A stretch of DNA of 35,106 nt from a virus, in IMG/VR virus record IMGVR_UViG_3300045988_029541. One strand, written 5' to 3'. This document shows positions 23,537-31,339 of this stretch, piece after piece (within the stretch, counting starts at the first letter, position 1; each line of letters opens with the position of its first letter). Below the pieces are notes generated by a model. The model was given only the letters and a program-made list of their open reading frames with translations. It searched no databases and was not told the origin of the DNA. The position numbers and the translations under genes were made by a program.

Positions 23537-23971
23537 TTATTTGACTGATTCAGTCTTCTTTTTCATTTCTTTGTATCTTTGATTGTCAGATTTCTTCCAT
23601 GCCGTTATATATCCCTTTTCCGAAATTACCATTCCGACAATATTTTTCAGCTGTCCGCTATCTATCCCAAGCACTGTGCGAAGGCTTTGCAGTTTTTGCA
23701 GTATCTTTTCACAGTTCGCATTTGCTTCGTTCTGATAGCGTCTTCTGTCGATTACTTCTTCATTTGTCTTCACGAAGATTGTGTTTGCGTTCACGACATT
23801 ATCAACCAGTGCTTGTCCTTCCGCTATAATCGGTATTGCATACACGAATCTGTATTTCTTCGGGACATTCTTTTCTTCCATGCAGAATTTTATCAATTCA
23901 TTCTGAACGTCCACGGCTGTTTGAAAGAACTGCATTTCGGATTGTTCGCGTCTGCTTTTCAAAACGCTCAT
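23537..23971 (-). CDS. avd: Accessory variability determinant (Avd-like four-helix-bundle protein)
   Basis: ATG 23971 (RBS AAAGGAGAG 8 nt upstream) opens MSVLKSRREQSEMQFFQTAVDVQNELIKFCMEEKNVPKKYRFVYAIPIIAEGQALVDNVVNAN... The protein is 144 aa, basic and helical, and sits between the target gene and the TR. Confidence 0.75.
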   Translation of the reverse strand: MSVLKSRREQSEMQFFQTAVDVQNELIKFCMEEKNVPKKYRFVYAIPIIAEGQALVDNVVNANTIFVKTNEEVIDRRRYQNEANANCEKILQKLQSLRTVLGIDSGQLKNIVGMVISEKGYITAWKKSDNQRYKEMKKKTESVK

Positions 23972-23997
23972 GCTGCAACTCTCCTTTCGCCAGTATT

Positions 23998-24018
23998 CAC
24001 GCCGCACACGGCGGCGTG
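23998..24018 (-). promoter_or_regulatory. GC-rich hairpin 29 nt downstream of VR1 (candidate DGR target-recognition structure)
   Basis: cacgccgc (23998-24005) pairs with gcggcgtg (24011-24018), giving a perfect 8-bp stem and a 5-nt loop. It lies in the target1-avd intergenic space. Confidence 0.6.
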
Positions 24019-24034
24019 ATTTTTTGATTCAAGA

Positions 24035-24961
24035 TTATACTGTAAAGCAGAGCGGGACGGCACGCGCAGTCGAAGCGTTGCCGAGGTAGGCATAACCATC
24101 GTCGATGACACGACAGAAGCTCGTCGTGCCCGACGCGTTCGGGGAATCGCACCACCAATTAGAACGGGATCCCTGCTCCGCCTTTCCTTTTCCCTGCCCT
24201 TTGCATATATGCCGAAGTGATCCAGTGAAGATCGGAAACTGTACGCCGCAGCCGTTGCCATATCCAACTTCCGACCATGAGTTATGCCCCCAGACTTCCA
24301 CTTCGGAAGGAAGCCACAACTTCTGATCTTCCTGCCACGCCCAGCTTCCCTTTGTGCTGCAAAGTCTCTTGTCTGCTTTTATTACCGCGCGAAGATCTGC
24401 TGGAAGCGTGTTGAAGATTGTCGTGTTCAGTGTTGTCTTCAAGGCACTTGCTGGGAATCCGCCAGTGTTCGTGTTTGTACTGTTCATTGCGTATGCTGTT
24501 GCAAGGCAATCGCGCGAAATAAAGTACAATCTGTGATTATTGTTCGACTGATAGCCGAAATATGTATCAATTCCCGCAAGTTCCATTCTGACTGATTCAC
24601 CAGTCGTCAGTGTAATGTCTTTATAATCGCCAATATTCAGCCCCGTGAAGTCGCCTGCTGCCGCTTTCGCTGCAATTTCGTTCCATGACAACTTGATTTC
24701 TTTTCCGTTGTAGCCATATGCGGCGCGGATCTGCGCTTGTTTATCATTCAGTGCATTTGCTACAAGATAGCCTTCTGGGATATATCCTTTTTCTGTGATT
24801 TCAAGCGTGTCGACAATCCCCAGCGACACTTTGACCGCATTCATAAGGTCTGAATATTTGATTGTCTTTGTTCCGCTGGACTTCTCAACAATCAAAATGT
24901 CGTCTGCTGCAATATCTGTCGTCTGTGCAATCTGGTTGATTGTTTTTTCTGGTAAACTCAT
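24035..24961 (-). CDS. DGR variable protein 1: tail fibre / receptor-binding protein with C-terminal VR
   Basis: This 308-aa ORF is the last gene of the tail module. It ends ...NWWCDSPNASGTTSFCRVIDDGYAYLGNASTARAVPLCFTV. VR1 occupies its last 43 codons. Confidence 0.85.
   Translation of the reverse strand: MSLPEKTINQIAQTTDIAADDILIVEKSSGTKTIKYSDLMNAVKVSLGIVDTLEITEKGYIPEGYLVANALNDKQAQIRAAYGYNGKEIKLSWNEIAAKAAAGDFTGLNIGDYKDITLTTGESVRMELAGIDTYFGYQSNNNHRLYFISRDCLATAYAMNSTNTNTGGFPASALKTTLNTTIFNTLPADLRAVIKADKRLCSTKGSWAWQEDQKLWLPSEVEVWGHNSWSEVGYGNGCGVQFPIFTGSLRHICKGQGKGKAEQGSRSNWWCDSPNASGTTSFCRVIDDGYAYLGNASTARAVPLCFTV
24048..24177 (-). repeat. DGR variable repeat VR1
   Basis: It is colinear with TR 23386-23515 (offset +662) with no indels. 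There are 15 mismatches. 14 are at TR plus-strand T (coding-strand A), and the one exception is 24063. Confidence 0.9.
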
Positions 24962-24979
24962 TCTTTTTTCATTCCTTTC

Positions 24980-25915
24980 TTACAATGTTGCAAATATTTT
25001 TCTTGCACATATTCTTTCGCCGTCGTCTGTCACAATCAGTTCGTCGTCGCTTGTTGCCATGTTCTGAATTACTTCGTTTGTTGCCGCGATTTTTTCCATT
25101 ACGTCTGCACGTTCCTGCAATTCTTGAATATATAAAAGCAGTTTTCCCGCTGTCTCGTCGTCCAGAATTCCTTTGATCGTTTCAACCCATGTTTCAAATT
25201 CAGACTGTTGCTGGCTTGTGTAATTCTGCAAATACTGTTTGAAGTTCTCCAGAAACACGTCCGCTGCCGTTTTGTCGTCGTCAACACTGTCTTTATAGTC
25301 CTGCAAGTATTCGCCCGCTGCCGTCTGTTTCTGGTCAATTCCTTCTTCAAAGTCCTCGACGTCGAATGCAATTCTTGTCTTCTGTTCTTCGAAATATTTA
25401 TCGAACTGTGCATATATCTGCGAAAAATCAATCTGATCGACCGCCCCAGATACCCAGCCGCATTTTGCATTGTCCATTCTTGTATCTGTAATCATTGACT
25501 GTGTGATCACTGTTGTTCCTGCTGCAATGTATACTTCTGCGATTGTGATTTCAAATACAGTGTCACTTCTTGTATTTGCTGGCTTTGCTGGCGAAGCTGC
25601 ATTCCCGCCTTTGTCTGCGTATGCTGTTATCGTTCTTGCTGATAGATCCAGCTTGATCTTGATAGCGTCATATCTGTTCAGATTTCCGCTTGCGACTTCC
25701 AGATCAATGACCAGTGGTTCTGTGTTCTGGTAGCCGTAGCCAATAAGCCACGCATACCCCGCTTTCACAGTCACTGACATTGCGCCATTCGCAACAACTT
25801 GAAGATCTCCGTTGAATACTCCGCTTTTGAATAACGGCTTGAAATAATTCGCCCAGTGTGTAGCATTATATTTTCTGTCCCCGCCCTTCGAATTGAAGAA
25901 TGTTGCTATTTCCAT
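24980..25915 (-). CDS. Tail fibre / baseplate-associated structural protein
   Basis: This 311-aa ORF lies between Tal and the DGR target. Its N-terminus, FFNSKGGDRKYNATHWANYFKPLFKSGVF, is a pattern I associate with Firmicutes phage fibre proteins. The C-terminal half is acidic and coiled-coil-like. Confidence 0.5.
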   Translation of the reverse strand: MEIATFFNSKGGDRKYNATHWANYFKPLFKSGVFNGDLQVVANGAMSVTVKAGYAWLIGYGYQNTEPLVIDLEVASGNLNRYDAIKIKLDLSARTITAYADKGGNAASPAKPANTRSDTVFEITIAEVYIAAGTTVITQSMITDTRMDNAKCGWVSGAVDQIDFSQIYAQFDKYFEEQKTRIAFDVEDFEEGIDQKQTAAGEYLQDYKDSVDDDKTAADVFLENFKQYLQNYTSQQQSEFETWVETIKGILDDETAGKLLLYIQELQERADVMEKIAATNEVIQNMATSDDELIVTDDGERICARKIFATL

Positions 25916-25930
25916 TGTTTCACCTTCTTT

Positions 25931-27025
25931 CTAATTATCATCAAGATTCACTGTTTCTGGCAGTGGATCGCCAAACGTCGGAACTATATCGAAGCCGCCG
26001 TTTTCAAAGATCTCTTGAATTTCCGTGATTCGCTTGTCCATTTCTATTCCCCACATTTTCTTTTTCACTGTCACAACATCACCCAGATCGTAATCTTCAC
26101 GATATACAAAATTGACAAACGGCTTTGTCTGTGCGTCCATAGCTTCCACAATTCCATATTCAGCCAGTTTTTCGTTTCCCTTCTGTTTCAAAATTTCTGT
26201 GTATTCCGCCGTTGTCATGTCGTCGTCTTTCTGGACGTCCCTCGCGTCAACAATGACTTCGCGAAGATCCCAACCAGTGCCGCCGCCCACTGTCACCAGC
26301 GTTCTTGCTGTTCCTTCTCCCTCACCCGCCACGATTGCGCATGTCTTCGTGTTCTGATTGCTGAATACATATGCAACGCCGTTCAAATTCTTGTAGATTT
26401 CAGAGAAAACGACACGGCTTCTTTCTCTCTGTGATTCCGTTCTGTCAACTCCCTTGTATACTTCAAAGAAGAACTTCTTTGCCTTGAAGTCGGCACGAAT
26501 AGTGAACCCAAGATTGCTATATTTTGATAGTTTGCACATGTATGTATACAGTTCTTTGTACGAAACTTGAAATCGGACTGTTTCTGTGAATCCTTTTAAT
26601 TCTCCCAGTTCTACGAATGGCATTGCTGTCACCGACTGCACCAGCTTTCGCATTCCCGCTTCTGTCTTTCCGTTGAAGTTTACGACTGTTTTTATTGCTC
26701 TTCTGTCCATGATTGAAGACAAGAATCGCCCTTTTGCCGTGATTTCATTCACTGTGTCGTCAATCGCTATATACTCAACTATTCCGCTTTCTTTGCTTGT
26801 CGTTTTTACGATATGCCCGTTTTTGTCTTTGAACTCCCGCTTTGATAGAATGTTATTTTCTGCCAGAAGTTGCAAATTTCTTGTGTTCAGTGGTGCGTGA
26901 AGTTCGAATGTTCCGCATTCATAATATTTCCGTGTCCAGATCAAAGATCTGAACACGTCAATCACTCCTAGTCGGTTCAAGTTCTGATCATACGAAACAA
27001 CAATGACTTTGTTTTCTTTTGACAT
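25931..27025 (-). CDS. Tail-associated protein (Tal; prophage-tail-endopeptidase-family N-terminal domain)
   Basis: It follows Dit. The N-terminus, VIVVSYDQNLNRLGVIDVFRSLIWTRKYYECGTFELHAP, is typical of siphovirus Tal/Gp37-like proteins. Confidence 0.6.
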   Translation of the reverse strand: MSKENKVIVVSYDQNLNRLGVIDVFRSLIWTRKYYECGTFELHAPLNTRNLQLLAENNILSKREFKDKNGHIVKTTSKESGIVEYIAIDDTVNEITAKGRFLSSIMDRRAIKTVVNFNGKTEAGMRKLVQSVTAMPFVELGELKGFTETVRFQVSYKELYTYMCKLSKYSNLGFTIRADFKAKKFFFEVYKGVDRTESQRERSRVVFSEIYKNLNGVAYVFSNQNTKTCAIVAGEGEGTARTLVTVGGGTGWDLREVIVDARDVQKDDDMTTAEYTEILKQKGNEKLAEYGIVEAMDAQTKPFVNFVYREDYDLGDVVTVKKKMWGIEMDKRITEIQEIFENGGFDIVPTFGDPLPETVNLDDN

Positions 27026-27040
27026 TCCCTTTCCCCCCTT

Positions 27041-27904
27041 CTATGCGAACATGTACTGATTCTTGTATTCGAACTTGACGTTCAAATACTCCACGCCTTC
27101 GTCCGCGTCATACTTGATCACATTCATTCCCATTACCAGCTGAATATATCCGTCGTTGTCTTCGTCTACAGTGTAGTTGTAGTCAATTATCTTGCCATTC
27201 CGAAGAAGTTCAACTGTGATTTCGCCTTCTGTGGTTTTTATTGTGATCTTGTCGTTCGGAAGCATTGTGCAGAGAAGTTTCAATGTTTCATTTGTCGTCT
27301 GATTGTATATGATCGGGTTTACCACTTTGTCGTCCGCTTCCAGTGTTATAGTGATTCCGACGTCTTTTGTGCTTTCGTTATCCACTTGTTTGATCGTGTC
27401 TGTTTCTCTGTGTCCGAATTCCATTCCTTCTTCTGGGATTTCACATTCAAATTCCCAGTCGTCATACCACTGTGACATTTCGATTTTTATAGTTCCCGCT
27501 GCGTCCGTAAAATACGGATCAGTACAGAGCAGTGATATTGTTGCGGGACGGATCACGCCAGTTTCGGCGACTTCTATGTTTTCAACTCTGTATTTGATTT
27601 CACGTCTGTCGCCGTCTTCTTCATGAATGAACGTCCCTTCCGAATGAACTTTGAAAACCCTTGAAAGAAATTCGCGATTCTGTCTGTGATTTCTTCTGAT
27701 GTTTGCTGTGATCACAATATTGCGTTGTTCCAATCCTTCGCCGTTGTATGTCGTGCCGTCTGTTGTTGCGTTCTGCGACGTGGACACAGCGTTTTTCACG
27801 CTGTAGATCCCGTCGCAACTCACAAGGAAATATTCACAACTGTCGTGATCGTATGTGAAGACTGCTTCCAGTCCCGCGTCATTTCTGCATGTTATTGTCT
27901 TCAT
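27041..27904 (-). CDS. Distal tail protein (Dit)
   Basis: This 287-aa ORF lies immediately after the tape measure. It shows a Sipho_tail-like pattern (...GEGLEQRNIVITANI...). Confidence 0.65.
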   Translation of the reverse strand: MKTITCRNDAGLEAVFTYDHDSCEYFLVSCDGIYSVKNAVSTSQNATTDGTTYNGEGLEQRNIVITANIRRNHRQNREFLSRVFKVHSEGTFIHEEDGDRREIKYRVENIEVAETGVIRPATISLLCTDPYFTDAAGTIKIEMSQWYDDWEFECEIPEEGMEFGHRETDTIKQVDNESTKDVGITITLEADDKVVNPIIYNQTTNETLKLLCTMLPNDKITIKTTEGEITVELLRNGKIIDYNYTVDEDNDGYIQLVMGMNVIKYDADEGVEYLNVKFEYKNQYMFA

Positions 27905-27912
27905 TTGTTAGA

Positions 27913-30642
27913 TCACCCCGCTTTCAGTTTCAAAACCATTTGTCGTGTCTGGTTTCGTGTCTGTCGTGCTACTTCTGACGGCGAAAGTTCTTTCGGACTG
28001 TTGATTGTTATATTCTGCGTGAATCCGCCTGCTGCCGTCTGTGTTGCATAACTTGCAGATCCAGACTTTGTATTGATATAACTGTCGATCGTTGTCGGTA
28101 CACCTTTTCGCATTGCTTCTTTGATTCTGTCTTCTTCTTCGTCCATTCCGTCTTCAACGCCTTCTGCCATACCAGCTGGAATCATTTTTCCAACTTGATC
28201 ACGCATGACACGTGACGGCGAATGAATTCCGAAAAAGTCTTTTACCGCGTCCAATGCAGACGAAGCCAGATCTTTGAATACTTGAATCAAACTGCTTGCC
28301 GCATTCTTTACGCCTTGAATAACTCCGTCTATGATGTTTTTTCCAAGTGATAACCAGTCCGTATTCATGATCGTGTCCCAGATTGCGGAAATAATCTGCG
28401 GAACTGCCGCGATCAGTGCTGGAATGGCTTGAATCAATCCGCTGATCAGCGATCCGATCAATTCGATTCCCATTTGTAAAATTTTCGGAAGATTTGTCGT
28501 GAGTGTATTGACGACTGATGTGATAATCTGTGGAACTGCCGCGATCAGCTGTGGGATCGCGCTTATGATTCCATTGATCAAAGATTGCAGAAGTGTGATT
28601 CCTGCTTGAATGATTTGCGGTAGCATACCAGTCAGCGTGGAAACAATCGTCGTTATAATTGTTGGAAGCATGACGATCAGCTGTGGGATCGCGCTTACAA
28701 TTCCGTTAATCAGTGCGATCAGCAGATCAAGTCCAGCTTGAATAATTTGCGGGAGATTTTCCATGATAGAATTCACAATCACTGGGAACAAGTCGATCAC
28801 GGCTTGAATCAGTGAAGGAATTGCGTTTGTGATTCCGTTGATCAAATTGACCAGAATTTCAATTCCAGACGCTACGATCTGCGGAAGATTTGCTGTGAGT
28901 GTATCTGTTATATTTTGAATCATTACTGGCAGCATAGCCAGCAAGTTTGGGATCGTCTGATTCAATCCGTCCAGAATCCCTTGAAACAATGAAATCGCCG
29001 CATTCAGCACTTCTGGGAGAAGTGTCGGAAGCAACGCTATTGCCGCATTGATCAGCCCGAAGAACGCGTCAACAAGTGGTTGCATTAGCGACGTTATCAG
29101 TCCTTGTCCTTCTTGAAAAACTGTCGTCAGTGTTCCTGCAAGCCCTTGAATAATTATCGGTACATTTTCAACGATTGACGTGACTGCTTGAATCACTCGC
29201 GGAATCAAGTTGTTTGCTGCTGTTGCCACCGAATCACACAGATCTGTGATCAGTGCGCCGACGTCTGCTTCGTCATTTGCAAATCCAGTCAAGAGATTCG
29301 ACCACGCCGCCTTTGTCGAATTGATCGAACCTTCGATTGTCGTGCTTGCTTCTTTTGCTGTCGTTCCCGTGATTCCCATTTCTGTTTGAACAACGTGAAT
29401 CGCGTCAACAATATCTGCGTATGAAGATATGTCATACTTGACACCAGAAAGCTTTGTCGCGTCGTCAAGAAGCCTTTGCATTTCTTCTTTCGTTCCGCCA
29501 TATCCCAGCTTTAGGTTGTCCAGCATTGTATAATTTTGCTTCGCGAATCCTTGATATGCCGTTTGAATGCTGTCAATGCTTGTTCCCATTTTATTTGCAT
29601 TGTCCGACATATCCGTTATAGCCATATCCGCTTTTTCTGCGGCTGCTTTTGTGTCTCCGTCCAGACTTTGAAGAAGTGACGCCGAAAATCCCGTCACAGT
29701 GTCCATGTATTGATTTGCAGACATTCCCGCCGTTTTATATGCATTGTTTGCATATCCTTCAACTTGTCCTGCGGAATCCTTGAAAAGCGTTTCCACACCG
29801 CCGACAAGCTGTTCATACTCTGCATACTGTTCGACAGCTGACTTTGTTACCGCTACGCCAGCCCCCACGACAGCTGTTGCGAATCCTGCAAAAGCTTTCA
29901 TTGTTCCTCCGACAACATTCGTCAGCACTGTGAATCCGCCTTTTGCCGCCGACGCTGCAACGTCTCCGACTGCTTTCAACTGCGTTGATAGCGGCGGAAT
30001 CTTTTCTTTGACTTCATTCGCTGCCGTCTTCACTTTTCCGAATGCGTCTGCTACCTTCTGGACGGCTGGGTGCGCGTCTTTGAATGCTTCAACCTTCTGT
30101 TTTGCGCCTTCCACAGTAGTTCCGATCTTTTTGACAGCTTCGCTTTCTTTTACTGTTTCAGTGATTTTCCCTTTCACTTTCACGAAGCCGTCTGCAAGTT
30201 TATTCACCACTGGGATTTTGCTTGCTATATTGTATATTTTTGTTCCCAGCGTTTCAGCTTCTTTTGCCGCTTTCTTTTGCTGGTCTTCTACTGCTTTCAA
30301 TTCTGTTTTGTAGTCTGAAAGCTTTGATTTTGTCAGTGCGATTTCTCTTTGTAAATCTCTGTATCCTTCGTCGTTTACGTCCTTCCCTGCTTCCGCCATT
30401 TCCTTTTCAGCTTGCGTCAGCAATTTCAGCTTTTCTTCTGTTTCGGAAACGGCTTGCTTCAAGATCACTTGCTTTTGTGCTGCCAGTTCTGTATTTTTGG
30501 GATCCAGTTTCAGAAGCGAATTCACGCCCTTCAATTCAGACTGTAGGCTTTTGGCGTTTGCGTTTACCGAAGACAACGCTTTGTTCAGCGGCGTCGTATT
30601 CCCGTCGATTTCGACTGTTATGCCTTTCAAGCCTTTCGACAT
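27913..30642 (-). CDS. Tape measure protein
   Basis: The ORF is 909 aa and lies downstream of the G/GT chaperones. The N-terminus is coiled-coil-like. Four tandem 44-aa hydrophobic repeats (LPQII.AG...LINGI.SAIPQLI...) lie at 28360-28887. Confidence 0.9.
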   Translation of the reverse strand: MSKGLKGITVEIDGNTTPLNKALSSVNANAKSLQSELKGVNSLLKLDPKNTELAAQKQVILKQAVSETEEKLKLLTQAEKEMAEAGKDVNDEGYRDLQREIALTKSKLSDYKTELKAVEDQQKKAAKEAETLGTKIYNIASKIPVVNKLADGFVKVKGKITETVKESEAVKKIGTTVEGAKQKVEAFKDAHPAVQKVADAFGKVKTAANEVKEKIPPLSTQLKAVGDVAASAAKGGFTVLTNVVGGTMKAFAGFATAVVGAGVAVTKSAVEQYAEYEQLVGGVETLFKDSAGQVEGYANNAYKTAGMSANQYMDTVTGFSASLLQSLDGDTKAAAEKADMAITDMSDNANKMGTSIDSIQTAYQGFAKQNYTMLDNLKLGYGGTKEEMQRLLDDATKLSGVKYDISSYADIVDAIHVVQTEMGITGTTAKEASTTIEGSINSTKAAWSNLLTGFANDEADVGALITDLCDSVATAANNLIPRVIQAVTSIVENVPIIIQGLAGTLTTVFQEGQGLITSLMQPLVDAFFGLINAAIALLPTLLPEVLNAAISLFQGILDGLNQTIPNLLAMLPVMIQNITDTLTANLPQIVASGIEILVNLINGITNAIPSLIQAVIDLFPVIVNSIMENLPQIIQAGLDLLIALINGIVSAIPQLIVMLPTIITTIVSTLTGMLPQIIQAGITLLQSLINGIISAIPQLIAAVPQIITSVVNTLTTNLPKILQMGIELIGSLISGLIQAIPALIAAVPQIISAIWDTIMNTDWLSLGKNIIDGVIQGVKNAASSLIQVFKDLASSALDAVKDFFGIHSPSRVMRDQVGKMIPAGMAEGVEDGMDEEEDRIKEAMRKGVPTTIDSYINTKSGSASYATQTAAGGFTQNITINSPKELSPSEVARQTRNQTRQMVLKLKAG

Positions 30643-30646
30643 GCTT

Positions 30647-30922
30647 TCACCCTTTCTTTCCGAAAAGTGAACGCGCCTTCATTCTGTCTGGCTCGGTCTG
30701 TGTCAATCTGTGTGCGTTTTCCAGATATTCCCGTCCTTCTTCCGTTTTGTTCATTTCATGCACGAATGCGTCCCGCCTATATTGCAAATAGTCAATATAT
30801 TCCAGTTCTTCTATTTCATTCACATTCAATCCCGTATACTCATGAACAAGGTGTTCCCAGTACGTCGGCACGTCAAAGAAATTTTCTTCGTCAATCGGAT
30901 AGAACGGGAGTGCTAGTTTGGG
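30647..30922 (-). CDS. Tail assembly chaperone, -1 frameshift extension (gpT-like part of G-T fusion)
   Basis: The -1 frame relative to the upstream chaperone is open from 30997. The only start in the track is a GTG at 30871. The slippery heptamer is at 30916-30922. Confidence 0.65.
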   Translation of the reverse strand, partial: PKLALPFYPIDEENFFDVPTYWEHLVHEYTGLNVNEIEELEYIDYLQYRRDAFVHEMNKTEEGREYLENAHRLTQTEPDRMKARSLFGKKG

Positions 30923-31278
30923 TTTACTGCTTCGCCTTTGCAGAACTTCACATATGTTTCCAGAAGTTCTTTTAATTCGCCGAATTCCAGCATGTCTTCA
31001 ACCCACTCAACGCTGATTTTCTCGCCAGCCATATTGTTTGAAAGAATCATTGCTACAAGTTCATACATTTCGTCAATGATCTTTCTGTTGCGTTCAGCTT
31101 TTTCTTTCTCATTGTCTGGCTCTTCGCCTTTTATGAAGTCGTTCATGTTCATGAGCATGTCAAATATTCTTTTCTTCGGCATACCCACAAGAATTGTTTT
31201 TTCCTTTCCTTCTTCCACTTCAAACGTCAGAACCATATAATTTCTTTTTGCTTTCTGAAAATTTACTTTATAATTCAT
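30913..31278 (-). CDS. Tail assembly chaperone (gpG-like)
   Basis: The ORF is 121 aa and lies between the major tail and tape measure genes. ATG 31278 (MNYKVNF...) has RBS GGAAGGAAAG. The track start at 31284 is a GTG. Confidence 0.7.
   Translation of the reverse strand: MNYKVNFQKAKRNYMVLTFEVEEGKEKTILVGMPKKRIFDMLMNMNDFIKGEEPDNEKEKAERNRKIIDEMYELVAMILSNNMAGEKISVEWVEDMLEFGELKELLETYVKFCKGEAVNPN
30916..30922 (-). promoter_or_regulatory. Programmed -1 ribosomal frameshift site C CCA AAC
   Basis: The minus strand reads ..gta aaC CCA AAC tag. This is an X XXY YYZ heptamer in the zero frame, immediately before the G stop. After slippage the reading is CCC AAA CTA GCA..., the open T frame. Confidence 0.6.
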
Positions 31279-31339
31279 ATACACTTTCCTTCCTTTCGTG
31301 TGTATAGGGCTGGATTTCGCCAGCCCCTTTTTTCAACAA

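Larger units (their letters stand above)
21912..24961 (-). mobile_element. Diversity-generating retroelement cassette (target1/VR1 - avd - TR - RT)
   Basis: The gene order is the same as the Bordetella phage BPP-1 mtd-avd-TR-brt cassette. The TR/VR mismatches are adenine-specific. See the findings for detail. Confidence 0.9.

Noticed and set aside
13756-24177. The three 107-130-nt near-identical copies as a CRISPR array, IS terminal repeats or a recent duplication
   Set aside because: There are only three copies, spaced 0.66 and 9.6 kb apart, with no short regular spacers and no transposase. The differences are restricted to one base type of one copy, which indicates a DGR TR/VR set and not drift.
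31307-31333. Hairpin gggctgg/ccagccc plus T6 after the major tail gene, considered as its terminator
   Set aside because: The T-run follows the stem only on the plus strand, whereas the operon is on the minus strand, where an A-run precedes the stem and no U-tract follows. At best it is a weak or bidirectional attenuator, so I have not called it.
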